45,021 nt of DNA from NCBI GenBank assembly GCA_045804485.1, contig JBJMNA010000013.1:1-45021 (forward strand), given 5' to 3'. The stretch's first letter is position 1; the number at the start of each line of letters is the position of its first letter. Positions 6,958 through 18,338 of the stretch are shown piece by piece. This DNA comes from Chloroflexota bacterium. GTDB lineage: Bacteria; Chloroflexota; Limnocylindria; Limnocylindrales; CSP1-4. The notes below the pieces were generated by a model that was given only the letters and a program-made list of their open reading frames with translations, did not search any database and was not told the DNA's origin. A program made the position numbers and the translations under genes.

Positions 6958-7725
6958 TCAGCGCTTGGCGCTGGCCTTCTGGGAACTGCCGGTTCGCGTC
7001 CGGCCGTCGCCCGGCTTGGCCTTGGGTGCCTGGGACGGCTTCTTGTTGCCGCGGTTCGGGCTCGAGAGCGCGAGGAAGCGCCGGTACCACGCGGCGCCCG
7101 CGGCGAAGAACGCGCCGATGACCGGCGACAGCACGAGCGCCGAGATCGCCACGTCGCGCGCCACCTCGGCCGTCGGCGGTGCGGCGACGTAGATCGATGT
7201 CGGGAAGACGATGACGAGGATCGAATAGCAGATCGCCGATACCAATCCGACGATGACACCGAGCAACCACGATGCCCGCGGCGCGAGGAACCCGGCGATG
7301 AACACGCTGCCGATCGCCGGAGTCTGGATGAAGTACGCGAACATGAACTGGCTGATCGTCCCCTGCCCACTCGACGCGACGATGAAGATCGTGCTCGCGA
7401 CGGTGATCGCCACGGGGATCCAGAGGGCGTGGGTATGCGTCGCGATCCACGGCACTGCCGCGAGGTCCTGGCGGACGTTGATCGGCCGGAACGACATCCG
7501 GAACGCGTCGGCGAACCCGACCCTGCCCGTCGAGGGCGGAGGCGCCGTCTTGGCCGTCGGCGATCCCGACGGGCGGGCCTTCGCCGCGCCGATGGTTGAC
7601 GTCCCGGGGGCGGTCATGGCGGGCTCGAGCTCGCCGGCGCCGTCGTCGTCGATCGGCTGGGTCGTGTTGGCGGCTCGGTAGCGGCGGCGCGCGGCGGCGC
7701 GTTCGGTCCTCTTGGCGCGGGCCAC
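6958..7725 (-). CDS. Integral membrane protein with basic N- and C-terminal tails, unknown function
   Basis: I prefer the GTG at 7725, which has GGAG 5 nt upstream, over the tracked start at 7848. There are four to five TM helices (WIPVAITVASTIFIVA, AIGSVFIAGFLA, LLGVIVGLVSAICYSILVIVF, ISALVLSPVIGAFFAAGAAW). The C-terminus is Lys-rich. Confidence 0.6.
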   Translation of the reverse strand: MARAKRTERAAARRRYRAANTTQPIDDDGAGELEPAMTAPGTSTIGAAKARPSGSPTAKTAPPPSTGRVGFADAFRMSFRPINVRQDLAAVPWIATHTHALWIPVAITVASTIFIVASSGQGTISQFMFAYFIQTPAIGSVFIAGFLAPRASWLLGVIVGLVSAICYSILVIVFPTSIYVAAPPTAEVARDVAISALVLSPVIGAFFAAGAAWYRRFLALSSPNRGNKKPSQAPKAKPGDGRTRTGSSQKASAKR

Positions 7726-7881
7726 GGTGTCTCCTGCGGTGGCGGTCGGGGATGGTGCTGCGCATCGTAGTCGAAACCCCGGCTCGGCCCGGACCGCCGG
7801 ATAAGTGCCAGTGAAGCCGGGCGTGCTACAACAGCCTCCCGCCGTCACGTCCTTCCCCGCTGCCCCGCCGGGAGGTCACAG

Positions 7882-10800
7882 ATGGCTCGTGCCCGGCGCG
7901 CGGGATCGACCGCGCTCATCGTCGTCGTTCTCGTCGCGCTCGCGGGAGCCTGGGGAGGTGCGAGCGTCCGCGCGGGCGCGGTCGCGTGGCCGCCCTCGAC
8001 TCTGCTCGTGTCAGAGCTACAGACCGGTGGGGCGTCGGCCTCCGATGAGTTCGTCGAGATCGCCAATCAGGGCACGGCGCCGGTCGATCTGCTCGGGCTC
8101 GAGGTCGTCTATGCGACGTCGTCCGGTTCGACGGTGACTCGGAAGGGGACGTGGTCGACCTCGCTCGTGCTCGATCCAGGGAAGCGTTTTCTCCTCGCCA
8201 ACGCGGCCGGCGTCTTCGCGGCTGCTGCGGACGCCACATATTCGAGCGGCTTCGCCGCAACGGGCGGAGCCGTCGCACTCCGTATCGTTGGCGGTGCCGC
8301 CATCGACTCCATCGGCTGGGGTGACGCGACGAATGGTTTCGTCGAGGGCGTCCCGGCGACTGCGCCGCCAGCCGGTTCGAGCCTCGAGCGCGCTCCAGGC
8401 GGGTCGCTCGGGAACGGGACCGACACCAACCAGAACAGCGTGGATTGGTTCCTCCAGGCCGCCCCGACGCCGCAGGGCCTTTCTGCCGCGGCTGTTCCGG
8501 CACCCGGGCCCTCGGCGACGCCGACGCCGACCGCGACGGCCACTCCGACCCCGACCGCGACGCCGACGGCTCTCCCGACGCCGACGCCCACGCCGACACC
8601 GGGACCGACGGCCACGCCGGTGCCGACGCCCACGCCAACAGCGACGGTCGCTCCCACTCCGTCTCCCACTCCGTCTCCCACTCCGGCACCGACCGCCACT
8701 CCGACGCCGACACCGACCCCTGTCCCAAGCTCGACGGCCACGCCGACGCCCACGCCCACGCCGACACCGATCCCGACACCGGCTCCCAGTCCGATCCCGG
8801 TTCCCGTGACGTCGTTCGCCGACGCGCGCGCCTCGAGCGACGGCGCGACCGTGACCATCGACGGGATCCTGACGACGCAGCTCGGCGCGCTCGAGAGCGG
8901 TCGGACAGGTTTCGTCCAGGACGCCACCGGCGGGATCGGCATCTATCTCGATGCCGCGGTCGTGGGCGATTGGCCCGCGGGACTGTCCGTTCGCGCCACC
9001 GGCACCGTCGACGACCGGTTCTCGCTTCGGATCCTCCGCGTCTCCGAATCGGCGATCGTCGCGGGCTCGCAGGGCGCGATGCCTGAGCCGATCGACGTCC
9101 CGACCGGGTCGGCGAACGAAGCGTTCGAGGGGACGAGGATCCGGATCACCGGCGCCGTGACGGCATCGCCCGACCTTCTCGCGGATGGGCTCGGCGTCAC
9201 GGTCGACGACGGCTCCGGACCAGTGCGGGCGGTCATCGGTCCCGACGCTGCTGCCGGCATGACCCTCGCCACGGGATCGCAAGTGATCGTCGCGGGCCCG
9301 CTCGGTCAGCGTGACAGTTCGGGCACCGGGGCAGCCGGCTACCGCGTGCACGCGACCCGTGGCGGAGAGCTCGAGGTCGCCCCGAGCGCCACCCCGACGC
9401 CGACGCCGACCGCGACCGTCACGCCCACGCCAGCCCCGAGCGCCACCCCGACGCCGACCGCGACCGCCACGTCGACGCCCGTCCCAACAACCACCCCGGC
9501 TCCGACACCAGCCCCGACAGCGACCCCTGCTCCCACCCCGACCGCTACGCCAAAGCCGACGCCCACGCCGTCCCCCTCACCCACCGTGGTCGCGCTGTCT
9601 GTTGTCCGCTCGTTGCCCATCGGGACGCGGGTGCGCACGACGGGCGTCGTCGTGGCCGAAGCGGGACGGCTCGGCACGCCGCCGTTGCTCGCGATCGCGT
9701 CGGGCGATGCCGGACTCGTCGTCCACCTGCCCGACGATGTTCCGACATTCGCGCGCGGGACGGTCATCGAGGTCGCGGGCAAACTGTCGGCGCCATATGG
9801 CCAGCTCGAGATCCGGCCAGAAAAGGCCGGAGTGCGTGCGCTCGGCACCGCCGGCCTGCCCGCGCCGATCGCCGTCCCGTCGTCCGGCCTCAGCGAGGCC
9901 GACGAGGCTCGCCTCGTCACAGCGACGGGTCGCCTGACGGGCAAGCCGAAGAAGACCGCGAGTGGCGACATCACGATCGTCCTCGAACGGGACGGCGCGG
10001 AGCCGGTCAAGGTCATGGCCGACGCCTCGAGTCGCATCGATGCGGCGTCCATGACGGTCGGTGCGACGTTCCGTGTCGTCGGTATCGCGGGGCAGCGAGC
10101 CACACGATCTGGGGCGCTGGACGGGTATCGCATCTGGCTCCGTGACAGGGCTGACCTCCTGACGACGGCAACCCCCGCTCCGTCAGGGTCGCCATCCGCC
10201 TCGCCGAAACCGTCGGCGGGCGGCCGCGTGGCCGTCGTTTCGATCGCACGAGCACTCACCATCAAGGACCGCGACGTGGCGATCGAGGGCGTCGTCACGA
10301 CGCAAGCGACCTTGCTCGACTCGACCGGGCGGCGGATCGTCGTCCAGGACGCCTCGGGCGCGGTCGAGCTGCTGCTCCCGAAGGACGCCGTCGCGCCGAC
10401 GATCGGGACGAGGATCCGCGCAGAGGGCACGATCGGCATCGCATACGGAGCGCCGCGGCTGCGCGCCGACACGATCACAACGAGCGGCGCCGGGACGGTG
10501 CCGCCGGCGCTCGTCCTGCACGGGCCGCCCACGCAGGCGCATGAATGGCGGTTGGTGAGCGTCACCGGACGCGTGTCCGCCGTCCACAAGCTCGGGGATC
10601 GGTGGCGCGCCGATGTCGATCTCGGCGCGACGCAGGTCGCCGTCGTCGGCCAGCCGGGTGCACGCATCCCGAGCACGACGTTGGTCGTCGGCCGGACGGC
10701 GACCATCGTGGGCATCGCGCGCCGACCGTTCCCGAGCGCGTCCGACAAGCGCTTCGCCGTCACGCCGCGCTCGATGACCGACGTCCGCGTCACCGGCCGA

Positions 10801-11526
10801 TCCGCGAAGGAGGGAGACGACACCGCCGCGCACGATGGCGGCACCACGACGACCACCTCCGGCGCCGCGACCACCGGTGCGCCGTCGGGTGAACCGGTCG
10901 CGGACGCCGACCTCGTCGACCTCGACGCGGTCATCGGACGCCGGGTGCGTGTCGGCGGGCTCGTCGTCGACCTTCGCGAGGATGGATTCACGCTCGACGA
11001 CGGGACCGCGGTCGGTCGCGTCGTCCTGCGCGGGGACGCGCTCGCTGGCCTCGCCCTGATCGAACCGGACGACGCGCTCAACGCGACCGGAACCGTCGAG
11101 GCGTCCGCCAGCGGCCCCGTGGTGGTCGTGGACGACCCGGGCGATATCGTCGCGGCGGGCGACCCGGTCGCAGCGGCTCCAACCGATGGCACGGGGTCCG
11201 CCGCCGCTGGGCTCGCTGGCGCCTCCGGGGGTTCCTCGGCGGCGCCGTCAGGGCTTCCCGGGACGACTCGATTCGCCGGTCTTGGCGGCTCGCTGCCATT
11301 CGATGCGGGGATCGCGGGACTCGGCACACTGGTCGCGATCTCCGCTGCGTCGGTGGCCGTGACGCTCATCCGACGCGAGCAGTCCCGGCGCCGACTGACG
11401 GCAAGGATCAGCGGCCGGCTGGCGACCCTGGTGGCGGGTGCGTCAGGACCCCCGGCCGGCGCCGACATCGACCCGGCCGTGCCACGCTCGGCTGAGCGTG
11501 GGCCAAGCACGATCCACTCGGCTTGA
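7882..11526 (+). CDS. Large membrane-anchored surface protein: signal peptide, lamin-tail domain, Pro/Thr linkers, three tandem two-barrel (OB-like) modules and a C-terminal TM anchor
   Basis: GGGAGG lies 6 nt before the ATG. The signal peptide is [33 protein letters not shown]. The LTD-like block is [36 protein letters not shown]...GGAVAL...IDSIGWG. Three repeats of about 190 aa each contain G-x-V...(F/V)VQDA(T/S)GG-type barrels, like the N-terminal parts of ExeM/NucH extracellular nucleases. The C-terminal TM is [29 protein letters not shown] recognised no nuclease or other catalytic motif. Confidence 0.8.
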   Translation: MARARRAGSTALIVVVLVALAGAWGGASVRAGAVAWPPSTLLVSELQTGGASASDEFVEIANQGTAPVDLLGLEVVYATSSGSTVTRKGTWSTSLVLDPGKRFLLANAAGVFAAAADATYSSGFAATGGAVALRIVGGAAIDSIGWGDATNGFVEGVPATAPPAGSSLERAPGGSLGNGTDTNQNSVDWFLQAAPTPQGLSAAAVPAPGPSATPTPTATATPTPTATPTALPTPTPTPTPGPTATPVPTPTPTATVAPTPSPTPSPTPAPTATPTPTPTPVPSSTATPTPTPTPTPIPTPAPSPIPVPVTSFADARASSDGATVTIDGILTTQLGALESGRTGFVQDATGGIGIYLDAAVVGDWPAGLSVRATGTVDDRFSLRILRVSESAIVAGSQGAMPEPIDVPTGSANEAFEGTRIRITGAVTASPDLLADGLGVTVDDGSGPVRAVIGPDAAAGMTLATGSQVIVAGPLGQRDSSGTGAAGYRVHATRGGELEVAPSATPTPTPTATVTPTPAPSATPTPTATATSTPVPTTTPAPTPAPTATPAPTPTATPKPTPTPSPSPTVVALSVVRSLPIGTRVRTTGVVVAEAGRLGTPPLLAIASGDAGLVVHLPDDVPTFARGTVIEVAGKLSAPYGQLEIRPEKAGVRALGTAGLPAPIAVPSSGLSEADEARLVTATGRLTGKPKKTASGDITIVLERDGAEPVKVMADASSRIDAASMTVGATFRVVGIAGQRATRSGALDGYRIWLRDRADLLTTATPAPSGSPSASPKPSAGGRVAVVSIARALTIKDRDVAIEGVVTTQATLLDSTGRRIVVQDASGAVELLLPKDAVAPTIGTRIRAEGTIGIAYGAPRLRADTITTSGAGTVPPALVLHGPPTQAHEWRLVSVTGRVSAVHKLGDRWRADVDLGATQVAVVGQPGARIPSTTLVVGRTATIVGIARRPFPSASDKRFAVTPRSMTDVRVTGRSAKEGDDTAAHDGGTTTTTSGAATTGAPSGEPVADADLVDLDAVIGRRVRVGGLVVDLREDGFTLDDGTAVGRVVLRGDALAGLALIEPDDALNATGTVEASASGPVVVVDDPGDIVAAGDPVAAAPTDGTGSAAAGLAGASGGSSAAPSGLPGTTRFAGLGGSLPFDAGIAGLGTLVAISAASVAVTLIRREQSRRRLTARISGRLATLVAGASGPPAGADIDPAVPRSAERGPSTIHSA
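8491..8805 (+). repeat. Low-complexity Pro/Thr linker-coding repeat ((ACG/CCG/ACC)n) inside the surface-protein gene
   Basis: It encodes [81 protein letters not shown]...PIPVP. Confidence 0.9.
9379..9585 (+). repeat. Second Pro/Thr linker-coding low-complexity repeat
   Basis: It encodes [69 protein letters not shown]. Confidence 0.9.
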
Positions 11527-11583
11527 CGCTCGTGAGAACGCGGGACTATCCTCGGCCGAGTTTCGCGCCTGCGAAGCAGCCAT

Positions 11584-12471
11584 GTGAGCGAGGAAGAGGT
11601 CTTGCCGAACGCGGACCCCCGCGTGGAACCCACCTCGGATCGCAGGATCGCGATCCCGGCCGGAGAACGGCAGTACCACATCGGACTCGGTCCAGGAGAA
11701 CTGGCCGAGTACATCCTCCTCCCCGGTGACCCCGACCGAACCGCTCGGATCGCCTCGCGCTTCGAATCCATCGAGCTCGAGAACCGACACCGTGAGTTCG
11801 CCTCGGTCACGGGACAGTTTCGAGGCCAGCGGGTGTCGGTCGTGTCGACCGGCATCGGCACGGACAACGTCGAGATCGTCGTGGCAGAGATCCTCGCGAT
11901 CACGGACCGACCGACATTCATCCGGGTCGGGTCATGCGGCGCGCTCCAACCCGAGATGGATCTCGGCGATCTCGCCATCTCCACCGGGGCGGTGCGTCTC
12001 GAGTCGACCACGAGCTTCTTCGTCCACGATGGGTTCCCCGCTGTCGCCAGTTACGAGGCGGTCGCGGCGCTCATCGAGGCTGCCGAGCGGCTCGGACACC
12101 GGTATCACGTCGGGATCACGGCGACCGCACCGGGGTTCTTCGGTGCGCAGGGGCGTCCGATCCCCCAGTTGCCCATCCGGTACCCTGACCTCGCGGAGGA
12201 GATGGCGCGCCAGCGCGTCATGAACTTCGAGATGGAGGCGTCGGCTCTCCTCGTGCTCGCGACCCTCGCACGGTGTCGAGCCGGCGTCGTCTGTGCGGTG
12301 TATGCCAATCGGACGACCGGCGAGTTCGTCACCGACCAGAAGGACGCCGCTGAGGCGGCCTGCGTCGAGACCGGGCTGGAGAGCTTGCTCATCCTGGCTG
12401 AGATGGATCGACAAAAGAGCGATGCCCGGACGGACCGCTGGCGGCCGTCACTCTGGCGACACAGCGTCTGA
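11584..12471 (+). CDS. udp: Uridine phosphorylase (PNP/UDP-1 family nucleoside phosphorylase)
   Basis: It aligns by eye with E. coli Udp over these blocks: YHIGL, LLPGDPDR, REF, VSTGIG, IRVGSCGALQP, GDLAISTGAVRLE, FPAVA, HVGITA, MNFEMEASAL and RAGVVCAV. Confidence 0.8.
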   Translation: MSEEEVLPNADPRVEPTSDRRIAIPAGERQYHIGLGPGELAEYILLPGDPDRTARIASRFESIELENRHREFASVTGQFRGQRVSVVSTGIGTDNVEIVVAEILAITDRPTFIRVGSCGALQPEMDLGDLAISTGAVRLESTTSFFVHDGFPAVASYEAVAALIEAAERLGHRYHVGITATAPGFFGAQGRPIPQLPIRYPDLAEEMARQRVMNFEMEASALLVLATLARCRAGVVCAVYANRTTGEFVTDQKDAAEAACVETGLESLLILAEMDRQKSDARTDRWRPSLWRHSV

Positions 12472-12539
12472 TTCGGAGCGCTGAGTGGATGCGGGACAAG
12501 GGATCCCGCGACGCATCACGAGGTTGAGGAGGAGCCCAC

Positions 12540-12683
12540 ATGGCAGAGGCCTATTGCGTCAAGGACAAGAAGAAGGTCGAAGTCCAGAACGCCCAGAAGA
12601 TCACGATGAAGAACGGCAAGCCCGCGATCCAGGGCACGTGCCCTGTCTGCGGCGGCAAGGTCTTCCGGATCGGCGGCGGCTGA
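12540..12683 (+). CDS. 47-aa small protein with a single CxxC motif (DUF5679-like)
   Basis: GAGGAGGAG lies 6 nt upstream of the ATG. The product is MAEAYCVKDKKKVEVQNAQKITMKNGKPAIQGTCPVCGGKVFRIGGG. A clean intrinsic terminator follows. It is below the ORF-track cutoff, and the tracked ORF 12485-12697 in another frame looks non-coding. Confidence 0.65.
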   Translation: MAEAYCVKDKKKVEVQNAQKITMKNGKPAIQGTCPVCGGKVFRIGGG

Positions 12684-12710
12684 CCGCCGACGCCTGACGA
12701 TCAGGTCATG

Positions 12711-12743
12711 AGCCCCCGCCGATGGCGGGGGCTCTTCCTTGTT
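12711..12743 (+). terminator. Rho-independent terminator after the small CxxC-protein gene
   Basis: AGCCCCCGC-cgatg-GCGGGGGCT forms a 9-bp GC stem and is followed by CTTCCTTGTT. Confidence 0.7.
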
Positions 12744-12801
12744 CGGGCCATTCGGCGCGGGACCCAGGGCTGACCGACATGGGGGTGTGCATCGGCCCCT
12801 T

Positions 12802-12810
12802 TGGTACGAT
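12802..12810 (+). promoter_or_regulatory. Candidate extended -10 promoter (TGgTACGAT) for the gap operon
   Basis: TG-n-TACGAT at 12802-12810 uses the same TACGAT hexamer as the putative hrcA promoter. It would give a leader of about 125 nt that contains the CGTGGACG (12848-12855) / CGTCCACG (12881-12888) stem. Confidence 0.35.
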
Positions 12811-12941
12811 GGCCGCGACGCTCGATCCGGGTGACCCGCGGACCTTCCGTGGACGCTCGTCTGGTCGGTGTCCGATCTGACGTCCACGTACCGAGCCGGA
12901 GCCCCAAACCGGCGCGCATCTCGTCCAGGAGGTCCCGCATC

Positions 12942-13961
12942 ATGGCCACTCGCGTCGGCATCAACGGCTTCGGTCGGATCGGTCGCCAGTCGCTCAAGGC
13001 GCTCATCGAGCGTGCGCCCGACATCGAGGTCGTCGCGGTCAACGACCTCGTCGACGCCGAGATGAATGCGCTCCTGTTCAAGCGCGACTCCACCTACGGG
13101 ACCTATCCGGGCGACGTCCGTGCCGGCGACTCGTCGATCATCATCGACGGCCACGAGATCAAGATCCTCGCGGAGCGCGACCCAGCGAACCTGCCGTGGG
13201 GCGACCTCGGCGTCGACATCGTCCTCGAGAGCACCGGCATCTTCACCGACGCCGCGAAGGCCAGTGCGCACATCTCGGCTGGGGCGAAGAAGGTGATCAT
13301 CAGCGCCCCGGCGAAGGGCGAGGACATCACGATCGTGCTCGGCGTGAACGAGGATCGGTACGAGCCGACGAACCACCACATCATCAGCAACGCCAGTTGC
13401 ACGACGAACTGCCTCGCGCCCGCGGCGAAGGTCGTCCACGATCTCGTGACGATCGAGCGCGGGCTGATGAACACGATCCACAGCTACACGAATGACCAGA
13501 ACATCCTCGACGTCGCGCACAAGGATCCGCGTCGTGCCCGGAGCGCAGGCCAGAACATCATCCCGACGACGACCGGCGCGGCCAAGGCGCTCGCGCTCGT
13601 CATCCCGGACCTCAAGGGCAAGTTCGACGGCTTCAGCCTCCGCGTCCCGACGCCGACCGTCAGCGTCGTGGACTTCACCGCCGATGTCAGCCGCCCGACC
13701 TCGGTCGAGGAGCTCAACGAGGCGTTCCGCGCGGCAGCGGCCGGGCCGATGAAGGGGATCCTCGGCGTCTCCGACGAGCCCCTCGTCTCGATGGACTTCA
13801 AGGGCGACAGCCGGAGCTCGATCATCGACTCGCCCTCGACGATGGTCCTCGGCGGCACCATGGTCAAGGTCATCTCGTGGTACGACAACGAGTGGGGCTA
13901 CAGCAGCCGGGTGGCGGACCTCATCGCATTCGTCGCCGCGCGCATGCCCGTCGCTGCCTGA
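12942..13961 (+). CDS. gap: Glyceraldehyde-3-phosphate dehydrogenase (type I)
   Basis: The ATG at 12942 has AGGAGG at 12927-12932. The N-terminus is [15 protein letters not shown]. The active site is [12 protein letters not shown], and WYDNEWGYS is present. The tracked 5' extension from 12801 is Arg-rich shadow. Confidence 0.95.
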   Translation: MATRVGINGFGRIGRQSLKALIERAPDIEVVAVNDLVDAEMNALLFKRDSTYGTYPGDVRAGDSSIIIDGHEIKILAERDPANLPWGDLGVDIVLESTGIFTDAAKASAHISAGAKKVIISAPAKGEDITIVLGVNEDRYEPTNHHIISNASCTTNCLAPAAKVVHDLVTIERGLMNTIHSYTNDQNILDVAHKDPRRARSAGQNIIPTTTGAAKALALVIPDLKGKFDGFSLRVPTPTVSVVDFTADVSRPTSVEELNEAFRAAAAGPMKGILGVSDEPLVSMDFKGDSRSSIIDSPSTMVLGGTMVKVISWYDNEWGYSSRVADLIAFVAARMPVAA

Positions 13962-13974
13962 CCCGACTGCCCTG

Positions 13975-17158
<3,184 letters not shown>

Positions 17159-17166
17159 GAATCGAA

Positions 17167-17189
17167 ACGCCCCGGGCGAACCGGGGCGT
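17167..17189. terminator. Bidirectional intrinsic terminator between the convergent eno operon and rpsT
   Basis: ACGCCCCGG-gcgaa-CCGGGGCGT forms a 9-bp stem. On the minus strand it is followed by TTCGATTCTC. Confidence 0.6.
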
Positions 17190-17225
17190 CAGCGTGCGGC
17201 GGGTCGCGACGCGCGACCCGTCCGA

Positions 17226-17870
17226 CTACTCCTTGGGGCTCGCCTTCTTCGGCTTCGCGGCCGGCTTGGCGGTCGCCTTCGGGGCGGCCTTCGGGGCGGC
17301 CTTCGTGGTCGTCGTCTTCTTCGGCGTCGCGGCCTTGGTTCCGGTCGCTCGCGCGGCGGGCGCCTCGGCGGCCTCGGCCTGCGCCGCGGCCTTCGCCGCA
17401 GCGGCCTCGGCTCGGGCGGTCTTGCTCAGCGCCGCACGCGCCTTGCCGGCTGCCGTCTGCGCGCCCTTTGCCTTGCCGGCCTTGCCTGCGGCGATGCGGG
17501 CCTTCGCAGCCTTCGCGGCTGCGGCCTTGCCGGTCGTCTTGACGACGCGGCCACCGGTCTGGACATGCTCGCCACCGAGCGCGGCGTTGACCTTCAGTGT
17601 GAGACGGGACTTGCGTCGAGCGGCAGCGTTCGGGTGGATCGCGCCGACCTTCGCCGCACGATCGAGAGCGCTGAGCGCCTCTGCGAGTGCGGCGACGGGA
17701 TCGATCGTCGACTCGGCCGGCGCCGCGGCGGCGGTGAGGGCCTTGGCGATGTAGGTCTTCGCGGCGCTGCGTCGCGGCTGGAGGACTTCGCGCCGGCGCT
17801 CTGCCTGACGGACCCTCTTGAGTCCGGACGGCGTACGAGCGCCCGTCCAGGTGCGGGGCGTCTTGGCCAA
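17226..17870 (-). CDS. rpsT: 30S ribosomal protein S20 with a C-terminal Ala/Lys/Pro-rich extension of about 110 aa
   Basis: The S20 core is GLKRVRQAERRREVLQPRRSAAKTYIAK...LDRAAKVGAIHPNAAARRKSRLTLKVN (compare E. coli KRAIQSEKARKHN...GLIHKNKAARHKANL). I prefer the TTG at 17870, which has GAGG 8 nt upstream, over the tracked ATG at 17954. The tail is GKAAAAKAAKARIAAGKAGKAKG...KAAPKAAPKATAKPAAKPKKASPKE. Confidence 0.8.
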   Translation of the reverse strand: MAKTPRTWTGARTPSGLKRVRQAERRREVLQPRRSAAKTYIAKALTAAAAPAESTIDPVAALAEALSALDRAAKVGAIHPNAAARRKSRLTLKVNAALGGEHVQTGGRVVKTTGKAAAAKAAKARIAAGKAGKAKGAQTAAGKARAALSKTARAEAAAAKAAAQAEAAEAPAARATGTKAATPKKTTTTKAAPKAAPKATAKPAAKPKKASPKE

Positions 17871-17988
17871 AGGGATGAACCTCGAGTGTGGGTGGTGATC
17901 GGTCTTTGCGCCGGGTGCGAGACGTTCCCCGGGCGCGAAGGCGGATGGTATCACAGGCCATCCCGCGACCGGGTCGCTGGCGCGGTCG

Positions 17989-18330
17989 CTACGCCTCGGA
18001 CGGTCCCAGGTGGGCGTCCGCCATCTCGCCCGCGGCTTCCCGAAGCTCGACGAAGATCACGTGGGTCTCGGTCGCGCCGATATTCTCGCCGGCGTGTTCC
18101 TGAGCTGGGAGCCAACGGGTGAGACCCGAGTCGAGTTCGATATCCGTCGTCTGGTCGCCCTGGCTGAGTCTCCGGCGGAAGGCGCTCATCGTGATCATCA
18201 CGCTGTCTGGGTGACGATGTGGGGTGGTCCGATCGCCCGGCCGATCCCGATACTCGAGGACGCGAACCCGGTCGTTCTCGAGAACGACGTGGTAGAGGTC
18301 CGGGTTCGTGGTGACGGGGTCGTCGTCCAT
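17989..18330 (-). CDS. Small cupin-fold protein (113 aa)
   Basis: The ATG at 18330 lies 8 nt after the stop of the upstream cyclase gene. The product begins MDDDPVTTNPDLYHVVLENDRVRVLEYRDRPGDRTTPHRHPDSVMITM and includes AQEHAGENIG.THVIFVEL, a typical cupin beta-barrel pattern with an HxH-type motif. The tracked 5' extension is shadow. Confidence 0.65.
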   Translation of the reverse strand: MDDDPVTTNPDLYHVVLENDRVRVLEYRDRPGDRTTPHRHPDSVMITMSAFRRRLSQGDQTTDIELDSGLTRWLPAQEHAGENIGATETHVIFVELREAAGEMADAHLGPSEA

Positions 18331-18338
18331 CGATCCCG

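Noticed and set aside
8491-9585. Tandem short repeats that could be mistaken for a CRISPR or VNTR locus
   Set aside because: They are in-frame Pro/Thr linker codons ((ACN CCN)n) inside a long ORF. There is no repeat-spacer periodicity of 25-40 nt.
9339-12011. 890-aa ORF on the minus strand, antisense to the surface-protein gene and udp
   Set aside because: It is a typical high-GC shadow frame. It is extremely Arg/Ser/Pro/Ala/Thr-rich with no recognisable motifs, and it spans two well-supported plus-strand genes.
12801-12941. 5' extension of the gap ORF
   Set aside because: It is an Arg-rich non-motif sequence. The canonical [14 protein letters not shown] start with AGGAGG is at 12942.
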